Below are positions 10,502 through 20,677 of a DNA stretch of 64,000 nucleotides, piece after piece. Position 1 is the first letter of the stretch. Each line of letters begins with the position of its first letter. The position numbers were made by a program, and so were the translations under genes. Location of the stretch: positions 103,801 through 167,800 of the forward strand of contig JAUXUT010000149.1 of assembly GCA_030680695.1 (NCBI GenBank), given 5' to 3'. The stretch comes from a bacterium. Lineage in GTDB: Bacteria > Patescibacteriota > Minisyncoccia > Phycocordibacterales > UBA6065. The notes beneath the pieces were generated by a model, which searched no databases, was not told where the DNA came from, and saw nothing but the letters and a program-made list of their open reading frames with translations.

Positions 10502-11419
10502 ATGCTCTGGATAAACACTAAAAGGATATTGAAGGCAGGGTTCGTATCGTTCGCGCGAAACGGCCTTGTTTCGCTCTCGTCCGTGCTCATCATCACGGTC
10601 ACGTTGTTTGTTCTCGGCGGCATCTTGTTCTCTGGCGCTCTCCTTAATTCGTCTCTCGAAGAGATTAAGTCCAAGGTCGATGTGAACGTATATTTCGTGC
10701 CTGTTGCGAATGAAAGCGACGTGCTTGCCCTGCAAAATCGTCTTATGGCACTGCCGGAAGTCGCTTCGGCCGATTATGTGTCGAGCGAGCAGGCCCTGGA
10801 GAATTTCAGGAATCGACACGCGAACGACGCGGTGACGTTGCAGGCCCTTGATGAACTTGGCACGAACCCATTGGGTGCCATTATCAATATCAAGGCTACT
10901 GATCCATCACAGTACGAAGGCATTGCTCGGTTTCTTGATGGCGAGAACGAGGCGCGACCAGGCTTCATTGATCGCATCAATTACTATCAGAACAAGGTCG
11001 CCATAGACACTTTGTCGAGCATGATTGATGGGGGAAGGAAAATCGCCTTTGCCATCGCCCTCGCTTTCATAATTATATCGATGGTTATTGCGTTTAACAC
11101 CATCCGGCTTACGATATACATCGCTCGTGAAGAGATTTCCGTCATGAGGCTGGTCGGTGCATCGAACAAATACATTCGCGGACCGTTCGTCGTCGCCGGT
11201 ATCATGTACGGCATCGTATCTGCCTTTATCACTCTTATCCTGTTGTATCCTGCGACTTTCTGGATTTCGTCGGTGACTGGAACATTTTTCAGCGGCTTCA
11301 GCATCTTTGCGTACTACCTACATGAGTTCCCGATGATATTCGGACTTCTTGTTGGGGCAGGTGTGTTCCTTGGAGGTGTGTCTAGTTATCTTGCCGTTCG
11401 TCGATACCTTCGCCTCTAG
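10502..11419 (+). CDS. ftsX: Cell division permease FtsX
   Basis: TM1, large extracellular loop, NTIRLTIYIAREEISVMRLVGAS...IRGPF, three further TMs. Confidence 0.93.
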   Translation: MLWINTKRILKAGFVSFARNGLVSLSSVLIITVTLFVLGGILFSGALLNSSLEEIKSKVDVNVYFVPVANESDVLALQNRLMALPEVASADYVSSEQALENFRNRHANDAVTLQALDELGTNPLGAIINIKATDPSQYEGIARFLDGENEARPGFIDRINYYQNKVAIDTLSSMIDGGRKIAFAIALAFIIISMVIAFNTIRLTIYIAREEISVMRLVGASNKYIRGPFVVAGIMYGIVSAFITLILLYPATFWISSVTGTFFSGFSIFAYYLHEFPMIFGLLVGAGVFLGGVSSYLAVRRYLRL

Positions 11420-11432
11420 TTTTACAACTATT

Positions 11433-12335
11433 ATGAACAAGACAGCGCTCGCGCTCGTCATCGCCGCAGTGTGCGTTGGGGCATTGCTGTCCGGCGAGTA
11501 CAGTGTGTATGTGTTTGCACCGGAACGTCCGACACGCATAGCATTTGTCGGCGACATGATGTTTGATCGCACCATGCGCACCATAGCCGAAAGGGAAGGC
11601 TATGAGTATCTGCTTTCATGCACGCGTGATTATCTGCGTGGGTTTGATATGGCAGTTGGTAACCTGGAAGGCCCGATCACGGCGCATCCGTCTGTGAGCC
11701 AAGGCAAGAAGCCAGGCGAACCAGACAATACCCGATTCACCTTCGATTTCGCGGTCGCGGCGGCGCTTGCGGATGCAGGTTTTGGCGCGGTGAGTCTGGG
11801 CAACAACCATATATACGATTTTGGACGCGAAGGTATCGATTCGACCGCATCAGCGCTTGATACTGTTGGCCTTTTGCACTTCGGTGCTCCGGGCAAGGGC
11901 GATGTCGTCACTACGACCGTGAACGGCTTACAGCTTGCCTTCGTGGCTTTTAACCAATTCGTAGGAGCAGCAAATCCCGTTATCACAGAAACGTTTATAC
12001 GCGATGTGCGAACTACGGCTGATTTCGTTACTGTGTATGCGCATTGGGGTGATGAGTATGAGGCAGAGAACGAATACCAGCGCGCCCTGGCTCGCCGATT
12101 TATTGATGCTGGTGCAGATATCGTAATCGGATCTCATCCACATGTAGTGCAGGGGCACGAGGTATACAAAGGAAAGCACATCTACTATTCTCTTGGTAAT
12201 TTTATATTCGACCAGTATTGGGAAGAAGCGGTGCGCACAGGACTCGTCGTCGAGGTTTCGATTGACCAGGGTGAGGTTTCGGTCTCTGAACGGATCATCG
12301 ATATCGCACGCACTGGGCTTTCGTGCCTGCGTTAA
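11433..12335 (+). CDS. CapA (PGA_cap) family metallophosphoesterase-like protein
   Basis: FVGDMMFDR, GNLEGPI, LGNNHIYDFG, HWGDEY, GSHPHVVQ, YSLGNFIFDQ; start moved to ATG 11433. Confidence 0.9.
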   Translation: MNKTALALVIAAVCVGALLSGEYSVYVFAPERPTRIAFVGDMMFDRTMRTIAEREGYEYLLSCTRDYLRGFDMAVGNLEGPITAHPSVSQGKKPGEPDNTRFTFDFAVAAALADAGFGAVSLGNNHIYDFGREGIDSTASALDTVGLLHFGAPGKGDVVTTTVNGLQLAFVAFNQFVGAANPVITETFIRDVRTTADFVTVYAHWGDEYEAENEYQRALARRFIDAGADIVIGSHPHVVQGHEVYKGKHIYYSLGNFIFDQYWEEAVRTGLVVEVSIDQGEVSVSERIIDIARTGLSCLR

Positions 12336-12428
12336 TCGTTTCGTCTGTCATATTGCCCGGTTCTTCTCGTCACCGTCACGGGGAGCCAGGCCCTTTCCCA
12401 TCCAGTTATCAGCTAGATCAGAAAACTT

Positions 12429-13112
12429 ATGCGCATTATAAAAACCCTAGCAGCGACATTCGTCGCGGCGGGACTCGCACTTACGGCTCCGGCCGCGAGC
12501 GCCCAAATTAATCTTGATGTAAACACCGATTCCGTCGGGGCGACGACTTCTGTTGGAGCGACGACTTCAATTGGAGCCTCCGCGACATCGGGCACTTCGA
12601 CTGGCGCTATGGCGACCGGATCGATTACCGTCAACGGCATGGATGATTCCGTGGTCGTCACTCGGGGCGACGTCGTCTCAGATTTCGGGACAACGTCAGT
12701 ATCGTCCGTGTTGACCCCTCAGGACCTCAACAATTACGCGATCGCCTTCATTAGCTCGGACGAGAACGTCACACGCGTCGAAGCTGAAGCCGATAGTGTT
12801 TCGGTCTGGTACAAGTTACCAGCGAAGCTCATTGGGTTCATACCAGTGACCGTGTCCACCAAAGGATCGGTATCAGCGGACGGCACCGTGGACGTCGATT
12901 ATCCATGGTACAGATTTCTCACCACATATGACAATGAAAGGCTCGAGAGCGAGCTCGATACGACTGCAGGGGCGATAGCTCGTGCCGAATCGACATCGAC
13001 TTTCTCGGTCAACGTCCAAGCACGCCTCATTGAGGCAATTCACTCGGTCATGAGGGCTCATGCGGGTGTATCAGCTAACGTAGAATCCTCTTCAGAGATT
13101 GAGCTTGAATAG
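12429..13112 (+). CDS. Secreted hypothetical protein
   Basis: Signal peptide (…APAASA), S/T-rich repeat SVGATT, AKLIGFIPV...VDYPWYRFL; followed by a terminator at ~13120-13146. Confidence 0.75.
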   Translation: MRIIKTLAATFVAAGLALTAPAASAQINLDVNTDSVGATTSVGATTSIGASATSGTSTGAMATGSITVNGMDDSVVVTRGDVVSDFGTTSVSSVLTPQDLNNYAIAFISSDENVTRVEAEADSVSVWYKLPAKLIGFIPVTVSTKGSVSADGTVDVDYPWYRFLTTYDNERLESELDTTAGAIARAESTSTFSVNVQARLIEAIHSVMRAHAGVSANVESSSEIELE

Positions 13113-13168
13113 GACAACAAGGATCCCCGCTGATGCGGGGATTTTCTTTGTCTGACTGCACCTCAAGG

Positions 13169-13525
13169 TTATTTCTCGACGCAATTTTTGTACACGGTTT
13201 CGCCGTCCCTCTCGATGAAAGCTGTCTTGCCTTTGTTCCAAAAAACGATTGACTCGTCGGACACCGCGTAACGAGCACCAGATGCGGATGTAGCGTGGGG
13301 AAGGGTGATGCTCGATCCATCCGAGAGCGAGAGTGATACAGAGCCATCCTTGCCATATGTGGCCCAGATACTCTTGTCATCATCGCATCGATACGTTGTC
13401 ACGATACCGGTGGTTTCATTTAGCAGTGCTCCAGAAGGGCCTTCCTTGGTCAAGGAAGACGTGTACCAAGCCCCGAGCGCGAACGCGATAGCGAATGTGG
13501 TTATGAAAATGGTGGCTTTCTTCAT
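13169..13525 (-). CDS. MliC/PliC-family lysozyme inhibitor-like protein
   Basis: TYRCDDDK...SASGARY...FWNKGKTAFI...YKNC with an N-terminal anchor. Confidence 0.85.
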   Translation of the reverse strand: MKKATIFITTFAIAFALGAWYTSSLTKEGPSGALLNETTGIVTTYRCDDDKSIWATYGKDGSVSLSLSDGSSITLPHATSASGARYAVSDESIVFWNKGKTAFIERDGETVYKNCVEK

Positions 13526-13578
13526 TTCTCAAGTGTACCACGAAGGAAAGCGCCCGACCTTACGGTCGGGCGCGTGGT

Positions 13579-13905
13579 CTATTTGGGGTTCGGGGCATAT
13601 CCCCGAATCTGCGCGATGAGTCTGTGGGCATTTTCCGGAACAATCCTGTCGGTCAGAATGAACGGCCCTGGTCGTAGACGTCTGTTGGCGACGATGACGC
13701 CCTGCTCGCTTCCGGGACGCACAAAGTCTTTGACGAAATCCATACAACCCATGGGCTTGAGCCAACGGTAGAACGGATCAGGGTCATCAGATTCGATGAC
13801 GACCGGCAATCCGAAGAACATGTCGCAGTATAGGGTTACGTCCCTGAACGAAGCCATCCATGTAGGTGGCGTAGTAAGCGCATCCTGAACAATTATGGTG
13901 GGCAT
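13579..13905 (-). CDS. Hypothetical protein
   Basis: 108-aa ORF filling the gap, AT-rich upstream region and a hairpin downstream; no recognised motif. Confidence 0.55.
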   Translation of the reverse strand: MPTIIVQDALTTPPTWMASFRDVTLYCDMFFGLPVVIESDDPDPFYRWLKPMGCMDFVKDFVRPGSEQGVIVANRRLRPGPFILTDRIVPENAHRLIAQIRGYAPNPK

Positions 13906-14007
13906 AAATAATAAAGGTGTTTGAGAAAGATTCTATGCCTCATAGCGGAAAAACTCAATAGCTGTAATCCAAGACTTTTCTCAGCGTCCCAGTAAGGTAT
14001 TTAAGGC

Positions 14008-15237
14008 ATGCCTATGAAGAAGCGACACCGACTGACCACCATCGTCTGGACGATTGCAATCGCCGCCGTCGCTATAGGCGCCGTTATCCAACTTGCGTTC
14101 AATTGGCGCACAGTTCTAGACACGAAGCCGCCGGAGTTCTCGCCAAAGAACATGCTCCAGGCTTTGTGGCATCAATACAAGTTTGACTATCTCGAGCCAG
14201 GAACGCTCCGTAGCCTCGACAAACAGAGGGACAACGTCACCACGTCTGAAGGACAGAGCTACAGCATGATGCGTGCAGTTTGGATGGACGACAAGACTAC
14301 TTTCGATCAAGCATGGCAGTGGACTAAGGACAACATACAAAGGAGGGGGGATTTTCTCATCGCCTGGATTTTCGGTGAGAGGGAGGATGGTACGTACGGC
14401 ATCCTCACGGACAGAGGGGGATACAACACTGCGTCTGATGCGGACGTCGACATCTCCGTCGCCTTACTTTTTGCATCTAAACGATGGAACGAGCCAACAT
14501 ATTACGGCGACGCCATCGTTCTTATACGATCTATCTGGGAACGCGAGGTCGTCGAGGTTCTCGGGCGGCCCTACCTTGCCGCAAATAACGTCGAGAAGAC
14601 TTTGCCAAAACAGGTCATCATACTCAATCCATCATATTTCGCGCCTTATGCATACAAGATATTCAAGGAAGTAGACCCTAGTCATGATTGGCTTGGCGTG
14701 GCGGCAACTTCGTACGAAGTTGCAAAGGCAAGCATGGTTTCGCCACTCGATAAAGAAAGTTCGGCCCACTTGCCGCCGGATTGGGTTGGCATAGATAGGA
14801 CGACAGGCGAGCTGGTGGCCGTGCCTCAGCCGACATCGCTTACCACTAATTATAGTTATGACGCCCTGCGCACGGCTTGGCGTTTTGCCCTCGACTGGCA
14901 ATGGAATGGTGATCCGCGCGCCAAGGACGTTCTGAAGGAAATGTCTTTTCTCGCCGAGGAATGGCGCAAAAAAGGATATATCGGAAGCTCTTATTCGCAC
15001 GATGGAACGGAGCTTTTGAGAACTGAATCACCGGCGATGTATGGCGGCTCGCTCGGATATTTTATGGTTGAAGAACCGCGTCTGGCCGCGGATGTATATT
15101 CGCGTACGCTCGAACGGCTTTACGACCCGAACATGTCTAAATGGCGCGAGCCGTTGAGTTATTACGACGATAACTGGGCGTGGTTCGGTGTGGCTCTTTA
15201 TCATGGTGAGCTTCGAAACATCTATGCAGAAGAATAG
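14008..15237 (+). CDS. Glycoside hydrolase family 8 (BcsZ-like endoglucanase), membrane-anchored
   Basis: TTSEGQSYSM, TASDADVDI, LNPSYFAP, YSYDALR, SYYDDNW; N-terminal TM. Confidence 0.92.
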   Translation: MPMKKRHRLTTIVWTIAIAAVAIGAVIQLAFNWRTVLDTKPPEFSPKNMLQALWHQYKFDYLEPGTLRSLDKQRDNVTTSEGQSYSMMRAVWMDDKTTFDQAWQWTKDNIQRRGDFLIAWIFGEREDGTYGILTDRGGYNTASDADVDISVALLFASKRWNEPTYYGDAIVLIRSIWEREVVEVLGRPYLAANNVEKTLPKQVIILNPSYFAPYAYKIFKEVDPSHDWLGVAATSYEVAKASMVSPLDKESSAHLPPDWVGIDRTTGELVAVPQPTSLTTNYSYDALRTAWRFALDWQWNGDPRAKDVLKEMSFLAEEWRKKGYIGSSYSHDGTELLRTESPAMYGGSLGYFMVEEPRLAADVYSRTLERLYDPNMSKWREPLSYYDDNWAWFGVALYHGELRNIYAEE

Positions 15238-16690
15238 CCTCATAGCACCAATCGTCTTTGTTTGTGTGGCCGCGGCCTTCGTGGCATCTCTTTCGTGGGG
15301 CATATGGATGCGAGATAGCATTCGCCTAGACGAGGCACAGAGCATCTGGCAGACGTCTCGCAGCTTACCTGGTGTGATGACAATCATCGCGCGTGACGTG
15401 CACACGCCGCTGTATTTTGTGATTCTCCATTTCTGGGAAATAGCTTTCGGTACTTCGGTGGCGGCCATCAGGACGCTGTCGCTCATATTCTTCGTGCTCT
15501 GTATCCCAGCCATATTCCGCTTGGCCGAGCTTGCCTATGATTGTAAGACCGCATATGCGGTGTCTGTGTTCACGGTGGTTTCACCATTTCTCAACTGGTA
15601 TGGGTCGGAAGCGAGGATGTATTCGCTTTTACTGCTTCTTACAATCGCGAGCCACATTTGTTTTGTGCTTTTGTGGAGATCGCCGACACGAAAAGTTTGG
15701 ATTGGATATTCAGTTGTGGCCCTTCTCGGCACGATGACTCATTTCTTTTTCTATTTCGTTATAGCCGCGCAGGTGGCGTTTTTCCTGTCTCATCGTCGCT
15801 TGTTTGTGGAAGGGGCGTGGCGCAAATTCGCATGGGCCGGAGCACCGACGATGATTGCGACTGCCGCGTGGTTTGCGTTTCGTGAGATGGTCGGGCTTGG
15901 TACGACGAACCCAATCCTTGAACGTCCATCGACCGTGGACCTTTCGAACGTGTTCTCACATTTCTTCATCGGCTTTCAGGGTGATGCTGTGAACACCATG
16001 TATCTGTCGCTCTGGCCGGTGCTCGTGTTTGTGGGGTTCACGTTTCTCGCACGCCGAAAATGGGCGGGCCCAGAAACGGTATACCTCGCCATAGCCGCGC
16101 TCGTGCCCATTGCCCTGGCATTTATCGTGAGCTTCACATATCGGCCAATATTTCTTTCACGCTATCTTCTTGTCTGTTTGCCGCCGCTTTATCTGCTCGT
16201 CGCACATTTTCTCCTTTCATATAGACGAGCTTTATCGAACGCATTGGTTGCAGGAGTTGCGACCTTGATGGTGGTGATGCTCGCCATTCAGGCAGTTAAT
16301 CCGATGTCGCCAGTGAAAGAAGACTACCGGTCAGCCGTCGCATACCTTGAGGGGTCCGCAAAGTCCCAAGACCTCATCGTAGCATCGGCACCATTCATCA
16401 CTTATCCCATCGAATATTATTACCGAGGCCCGTCCCGCATAGCGACATTCCCGAGATGGGAGCGGTATACCGATGTCGTTCTCCCTCCGCCGTATTCTGA
16501 AGAAAGCCTTGCCGAAGCAATGGACGAGTGGTCCCTTATTTATCGCGACGTATATTTCCTCTTCGGTTACGACCAAGGATACGAGGAAGATGTCCGTATC
16601 CATCTCGATACAAATTATCAGCGCGTCGATATGCGCGAATTTTCTCCGGGGCTCTCGCTCTATGCATATCGTCTGCGATACATCGAATAA
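15224..16690 (+). CDS. GT-C fold glycosyltransferase (GT39/GT83, PMT/ArnT-like)
   Basis: SIRLDEAQS, DVHTPLYFVILHFW, YGSEARMYSLL, ~11 TMs; overlaps the GH8 stop. Confidence 0.85.
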   Translation: MQKNSLIAPIVFVCVAAAFVASLSWGIWMRDSIRLDEAQSIWQTSRSLPGVMTIIARDVHTPLYFVILHFWEIAFGTSVAAIRTLSLIFFVLCIPAIFRLAELAYDCKTAYAVSVFTVVSPFLNWYGSEARMYSLLLLLTIASHICFVLLWRSPTRKVWIGYSVVALLGTMTHFFFYFVIAAQVAFFLSHRRLFVEGAWRKFAWAGAPTMIATAAWFAFREMVGLGTTNPILERPSTVDLSNVFSHFFIGFQGDAVNTMYLSLWPVLVFVGFTFLARRKWAGPETVYLAIAALVPIALAFIVSFTYRPIFLSRYLLVCLPPLYLLVAHFLLSYRRALSNALVAGVATLMVVMLAIQAVNPMSPVKEDYRSAVAYLEGSAKSQDLIVASAPFITYPIEYYYRGPSRIATFPRWERYTDVVLPPPYSEESLAEAMDEWSLIYRDVYFLFGYDQGYEEDVRIHLDTNYQRVDMREFSPGLSLYAYRLRYIE

Positions 16691-16705
16691 ACATCGAACG
16701 AAGCC

Positions 16706-18313
16706 ATGCCGACACTGCCATCCAAGACATCGTTCCTCCATAGCGATCCGAGTCGATTCTTGCTCTGGGCGAACCTTGGCATGTCGATTATCTACTTTTT
16801 CGTAATTGCTTTTCTTTTTCCGCACGGGAATGAGGTTTTGTTTTGGATACTTATCGCGGGTGAGGTGTTTCATACTTGGCAGGCGCTTACTTATATCTGT
16901 ACCGTTTGGAGGTTGGATCACAAACCCAAGCGTGACGACTTGTTTGCGCCGCCTGTCGATGTGTACATAACAGTTTGCGGTGAGCCGGTTGATATCGTTG
17001 AAGAAACTGCTCTTGCGGCCAAGGCCATGGATTACCCAAACCACAGGGTATTTCTTTTAAACGATGGATACGTAGCCAAGAAAGACAATTGGAAAGATAT
17101 GGAAGATATGGCTGTGCGTATCGGTGTTGGCTGCATCACACGCCAGACGCCAGGCGGAGCCAAAGCAGGGAACATAAATAACGCCATGGGTGTTACGGAT
17201 GCGCCGTACATCGTCATTTTTGACGCTGATCACGTCCCGCACGATGATTTCTTGGCTCGTACCATGGGATATTTTGTGGACGAGCGCCTGGCATACGTCC
17301 AGACACCGCAGTATTACAAGAACGCCTACGAGAACGCGATTACTTTGTCGGCTTGGGAACAGCAGGAGCTTTTCTTTGGACCGATTTGTCGCGGCAAGAA
17401 TCGATTCAACTCGGCGACGATGTGTGGTACGAACATGGTTATCCGGAGGCAGGCGCTCGACGAGGTTGGGGGAATGTGTACTGAATCCATCGCTGAGGAC
17501 TTTGTGACGGGACTTTTCATCCACGAGAAAGGATGGAGGTCTTTGTACGTACCAGAAGTACTGGCCGAGGGCCTTGCTCCAGAAGATTTCCTTTCGTATA
17601 CCAAACAGCAGTTTCGATGGGCTCGTGGCGCACTCGATGTGATTTTCCGGTATAACCTGTTGTTCCGGCGTGGTTTAAGTTTTATCCAAAAGATACAGTA
17701 CATGTCGTCGGTCAGTTTCTTCCTGTCTGGGGTCATAGTGCTCATGAATGCGGCTTTGCCGATACTTTTCCTTTTCTTCGGCATAACGCCAGTGCGGATA
17801 GACACGATGCTCCTTGCCATAGTTTTCATCCCATACATATTCACCACGATCGGGCTCTTGTCATCGACTTCTAATCATCGATTCTCGTTCCGGGCGGTGT
17901 CATTCTCGATGAGCTCGTTCTGGATACACATACAGGCGCTGTGGTCGGCACTCACTGGTCGAAAGGTGACGTTCTCTGTTACATCCAAAGTCGGTGTACA
18001 GGGCAATTACGTACATCTGGCTGCGCCGCATCTTATATATATCGGATTATTCGTCTTTGGATTGTTCATCGCCTTGGCGCGAGAAGGAGTGTCGTCGTCG
18101 GTTATCAACAACGTGGCTTGGGCAGCCTTCAACATCGGCGTATTCATGCCTTACATATTCGCAGCCATCCCACGCGAAGCTGTGAGCGGCTTCATGATGA
18201 GGCATTTGTACAAGATTATGTTCATACCTGAACGGACGGTGAATGTCGCAAGCCCCGTTAAACTGAAAGTGGTTTCTAAGGGCAGGGAAGGCGCTGTTCA
18301 GAGGGGTACTTGA
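16706..18313 (+). CDS. Processive GT2 beta-glucan/cellulose synthase catalytic subunit (BcsA-like, no PilZ)
   Basis: LNDG, GAKAGNIN, FDADH, VQTPQYY, AED, QQFRWARG (D,D,D,QxxRW) with flanking TMs. Confidence 0.9.
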   Translation: MPTLPSKTSFLHSDPSRFLLWANLGMSIIYFFVIAFLFPHGNEVLFWILIAGEVFHTWQALTYICTVWRLDHKPKRDDLFAPPVDVYITVCGEPVDIVEETALAAKAMDYPNHRVFLLNDGYVAKKDNWKDMEDMAVRIGVGCITRQTPGGAKAGNINNAMGVTDAPYIVIFDADHVPHDDFLARTMGYFVDERLAYVQTPQYYKNAYENAITLSAWEQQELFFGPICRGKNRFNSATMCGTNMVIRRQALDEVGGMCTESIAEDFVTGLFIHEKGWRSLYVPEVLAEGLAPEDFLSYTKQQFRWARGALDVIFRYNLLFRRGLSFIQKIQYMSSVSFFLSGVIVLMNAALPILFLFFGITPVRIDTMLLAIVFIPYIFTTIGLLSSTSNHRFSFRAVSFSMSSFWIHIQALWSALTGRKVTFSVTSKVGVQGNYVHLAAPHLIYIGLFVFGLFIALAREGVSSSVINNVAWAAFNIGVFMPYIFAAIPREAVSGFMMRHLYKIMFIPERTVNVASPVKLKVVSKGREGAVQRGT

Positions 18314-18339
18314 CAAAACAGGGTGCTTGGGTGTATAAT
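18310..18339 (+). promoter_or_regulatory. Consensus promoter with no downstream ORF (copy A of GGGTGTATAAT family)
   Basis: TTGACA-N18-TATAAT, followed 12 nt later by hairpin 18352-18382. Confidence 0.6.
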
Positions 18340-18351
18340 GTAAAGATAAGT

Positions 18352-18382
18352 CAAAAGCCGCGCACTTCGTGCGCGGCTTTTG
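18352..18382. terminator. Bidirectional terminator between GT2 and GH6 genes
   Basis: CAAAAGCCGCGCA-CTTCG-TGCGCGGCTTTTG. Confidence 0.8.
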
Positions 18383-18399
18383 CTTACTATCGAATCTGG

Positions 18400-20082
18400 C
18401 TAGTACCCAGCAGTCTTCGCGAGGCCGAGGGCATATTCCGCCCACCATTCTCCCGCGTTTGGACCACCGTTACATGTTCCGTCGGATTCACCTGGCTTCT
18501 TGACCCACAGGTATGCGTCGACAAGAGATTTTCCGGTCGAGAGGGTCGGGGCTTCGCCCAGGGCGCGTCCCCACGGGTTACACCACTCGCCGTTGCCTCC
18601 GACGCCGTTTCGCGACGTGTCTACTATGAATCGTGCACCATTGGTCAACTTCGACACACGTTCACCATAGGATACGTTTTCGCTCGTCCTGATGTAGTTC
18701 GAGACGTTAAGTGCGAATCCTGCAGCCTTGGATATGCCAGCCTTGTTGAGGCGCTGGGCCATATCCGCGTCACCGATCCAGTTTGCATGACCTGCGTCGA
18801 GATATACCGATGCTGCGGTCTTTGACTTGAATATGTCGAGGGCCGACGAGAGCACGGCCAATCGGTCAGCCTTGCCCTGGTCGTTTAGACAATCCATGCC
18901 TGCGAGGGCGTCTGGTTCAAGGACAACAATAGCCTTGCCACCTGCACCGATACCGTCGGCGATTTTGTTGATCCAGGTCATATATGCGTCCTTCGAGGCT
19001 ACACCACCGGCCGAATAGCTTCCACAGTCTCGGCTCGGGATGTTGTAAGGGACGAACACCGGCAGGGCACCCTGGGATTTTGCGTTAGCCATGGCCTTTG
19101 CCACGTCTGCCCTCACATCTGCATTCCAACCGCCGAGCCAAATGCCCGATGAGTGCGCACCTATTTTTTCCATAATAGCTGCGTCTGCTGGTCGAGAATT
19201 CTTCCATGCGATCGCCTGGGCGAGCGCAGGGGAATTAGGGTCCACGTAGAGCTTTGATGACAACACGGGACTTGTTGCGACTGGCTCTGTCACCGTCGGT
19301 GTCGACGGCGCAGTCGATGGTGCGACTGCGGTCGCTGCCATTACTGTAATCGATGATTTCGCAGTAGCGATGACATTACCATTCGATTTATCCTTGGCGG
19401 TGAAGGCGATGACGTATGGGCCCTGGCCTTTCCAGGTCCAGCCCGAGAAGTCTATAATGGACTCATTATTCACCATCTCGTTATCCGATCCACCATCCAC
19501 GTTCCAATACATTCGATACGATGACGTATCCGCATTGGTAAGGGTGGCTTTGAAGGTTCCACTGCCAGACACCTGCGAATTGTTCACAGGGTAGGCGATA
19601 GACACTTCCTTTTTCACAACTATCGGGGCGGGGGCAGGTGCTGGTGCAGGAGCCGGCGTCGCGCCGCTCGTCACACCCTGCTTGCTGATGTTCATATCCT
19701 TGCGAGCGATTTCCTTGCCAGATTTGTCCTTGGCAACGAAGGTGATGCGATACTTTCCGTCTGATTTCCAGTTCCAACCAGAAAGGTCAACGGACGCATA
19801 TTTATGAGGGTAGCCGTCCCACGAATCATCCATTTTTACGAGACCACCACCGTCTACCTGCCAATACATGTAATAATCTCCGACTTGTGCGTCAGGTACT
19901 ATGCCCTTGAACGGCTGAGTACCCTGCACCACCGCACCATCCACCGGCCACCAGGCATCAACCCTCCTTTCTGCGGCTGACACCGAAGAATGGGGGACGA
20001 AAGCCAAGGCACAGAAAACAAGCACGGATAACGCTAACGCACCCTTAAAAGAAAGGGCGCACCGACGTACGCTCTGCTTCAT
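18400..20082 (-). CDS. Secreted GH6 endoglucanase with two N-terminal Trp-rich Ig-like repeats
   Basis: YNIPSRDCG, LEPDAL, YLDAGH, GFALNVSNY, DTSRNG, WCNP, LWVKKPGESDGTC; signal peptide; PAPAP and P/T linkers. Confidence 0.92.
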   Translation of the reverse strand: MKQSVRRCALSFKGALALSVLVFCALAFVPHSSVSAAERRVDAWWPVDGAVVQGTQPFKGIVPDAQVGDYYMYWQVDGGGLVKMDDSWDGYPHKYASVDLSGWNWKSDGKYRITFVAKDKSGKEIARKDMNISKQGVTSGATPAPAPAPAPAPIVVKKEVSIAYPVNNSQVSGSGTFKATLTNADTSSYRMYWNVDGGSDNEMVNNESIIDFSGWTWKGQGPYVIAFTAKDKSNGNVIATAKSSITVMAATAVAPSTAPSTPTVTEPVATSPVLSSKLYVDPNSPALAQAIAWKNSRPADAAIMEKIGAHSSGIWLGGWNADVRADVAKAMANAKSQGALPVFVPYNIPSRDCGSYSAGGVASKDAYMTWINKIADGIGAGGKAIVVLEPDALAGMDCLNDQGKADRLAVLSSALDIFKSKTAASVYLDAGHANWIGDADMAQRLNKAGISKAAGFALNVSNYIRTSENVSYGERVSKLTNGARFIVDTSRNGVGGNGEWCNPWGRALGEAPTLSTGKSLVDAYLWVKKPGESDGTCNGGPNAGEWWAEYALGLAKTAGY

Positions 20083-20152
20083 GTATTCTATTTTATTGTT
20101 ACCGTCTTCTAAAGGCGGTTCGAGAGTGGTTGGTCAACCAGATACGGGGACA

Positions 20153-20677
20153 TTATACCAATGACCTTCCATTCACTTCCATGCCTTTTCGTGAGGTGGT
20201 TTTTGGCGTCTTGGCGGTGTTTTCTAGCTTGGTTTTCTCTGCCATATATACGCGTTCACGTAGTTGTGAGGTCGAGTATGGATGGTCTCGTTTATGAAAG
20301 TATGCCTTATGGGGCAAATCATGTCCGGTGTACGGTTTGCCCTCCCAATCCGACCCAAGTATACGGACGTCATATTTATTGTTTTTGAGCCAATTCCGGA
20401 GGTCTTCCTCGTTTGAATATATAAATATCTCGTCGACGTATTTTACGGCTTCCAATATCTCGCGCCGTTCGTCGAGCGACATAATCGGCACATTTTTTGG
20501 TTTTTCGCCGGTTTTGAGGCGGTAAGCAATGTCATGGGCGGACGACGGATCGTCCTGGAGGCCAACTATGAGATAGTCGCATTGGCGTTTACAGTCCTTG
20601 AGCATGCGCATGTGGCCGGCATGGCATAGGTCGAAGGCACTGAAGGTCACACCGATTTTTTTTGGTTTGTCTTGCAT
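20153..20677 (-). CDS. Cytidylyltransferase, TagD (glycerol-3-phosphate cytidylyltransferase)-like
   Basis: FSAFDLCHAGH (HxGH), LIVGLQDDP, YVDEI, LGSDW, YSTSQLR. Confidence 0.85.
   Translation of the reverse strand: MQDKPKKIGVTFSAFDLCHAGHMRMLKDCKRQCDYLIVGLQDDPSSAHDIAYRLKTGEKPKNVPIMSLDERREILEAVKYVDEIFIYSNEEDLRNWLKNNKYDVRILGSDWEGKPYTGHDLPHKAYFHKRDHPYSTSQLRERVYMAEKTKLENTAKTPKTTSRKGMEVNGRSLV

Noticed and set aside
12530-12580. Short tandem repeats (SVGATT here; PAPAP at ~19625-19660; YRGG at ~26780-26860)
   Set aside because: Low-complexity protein linkers within coding frames, not independent DNA elements.
18310-18825. 171-aa ORF downstream of the GT2 gene
   Set aside because: Antisense shadow of the GH6 gene that crosses a terminator and has no motif.
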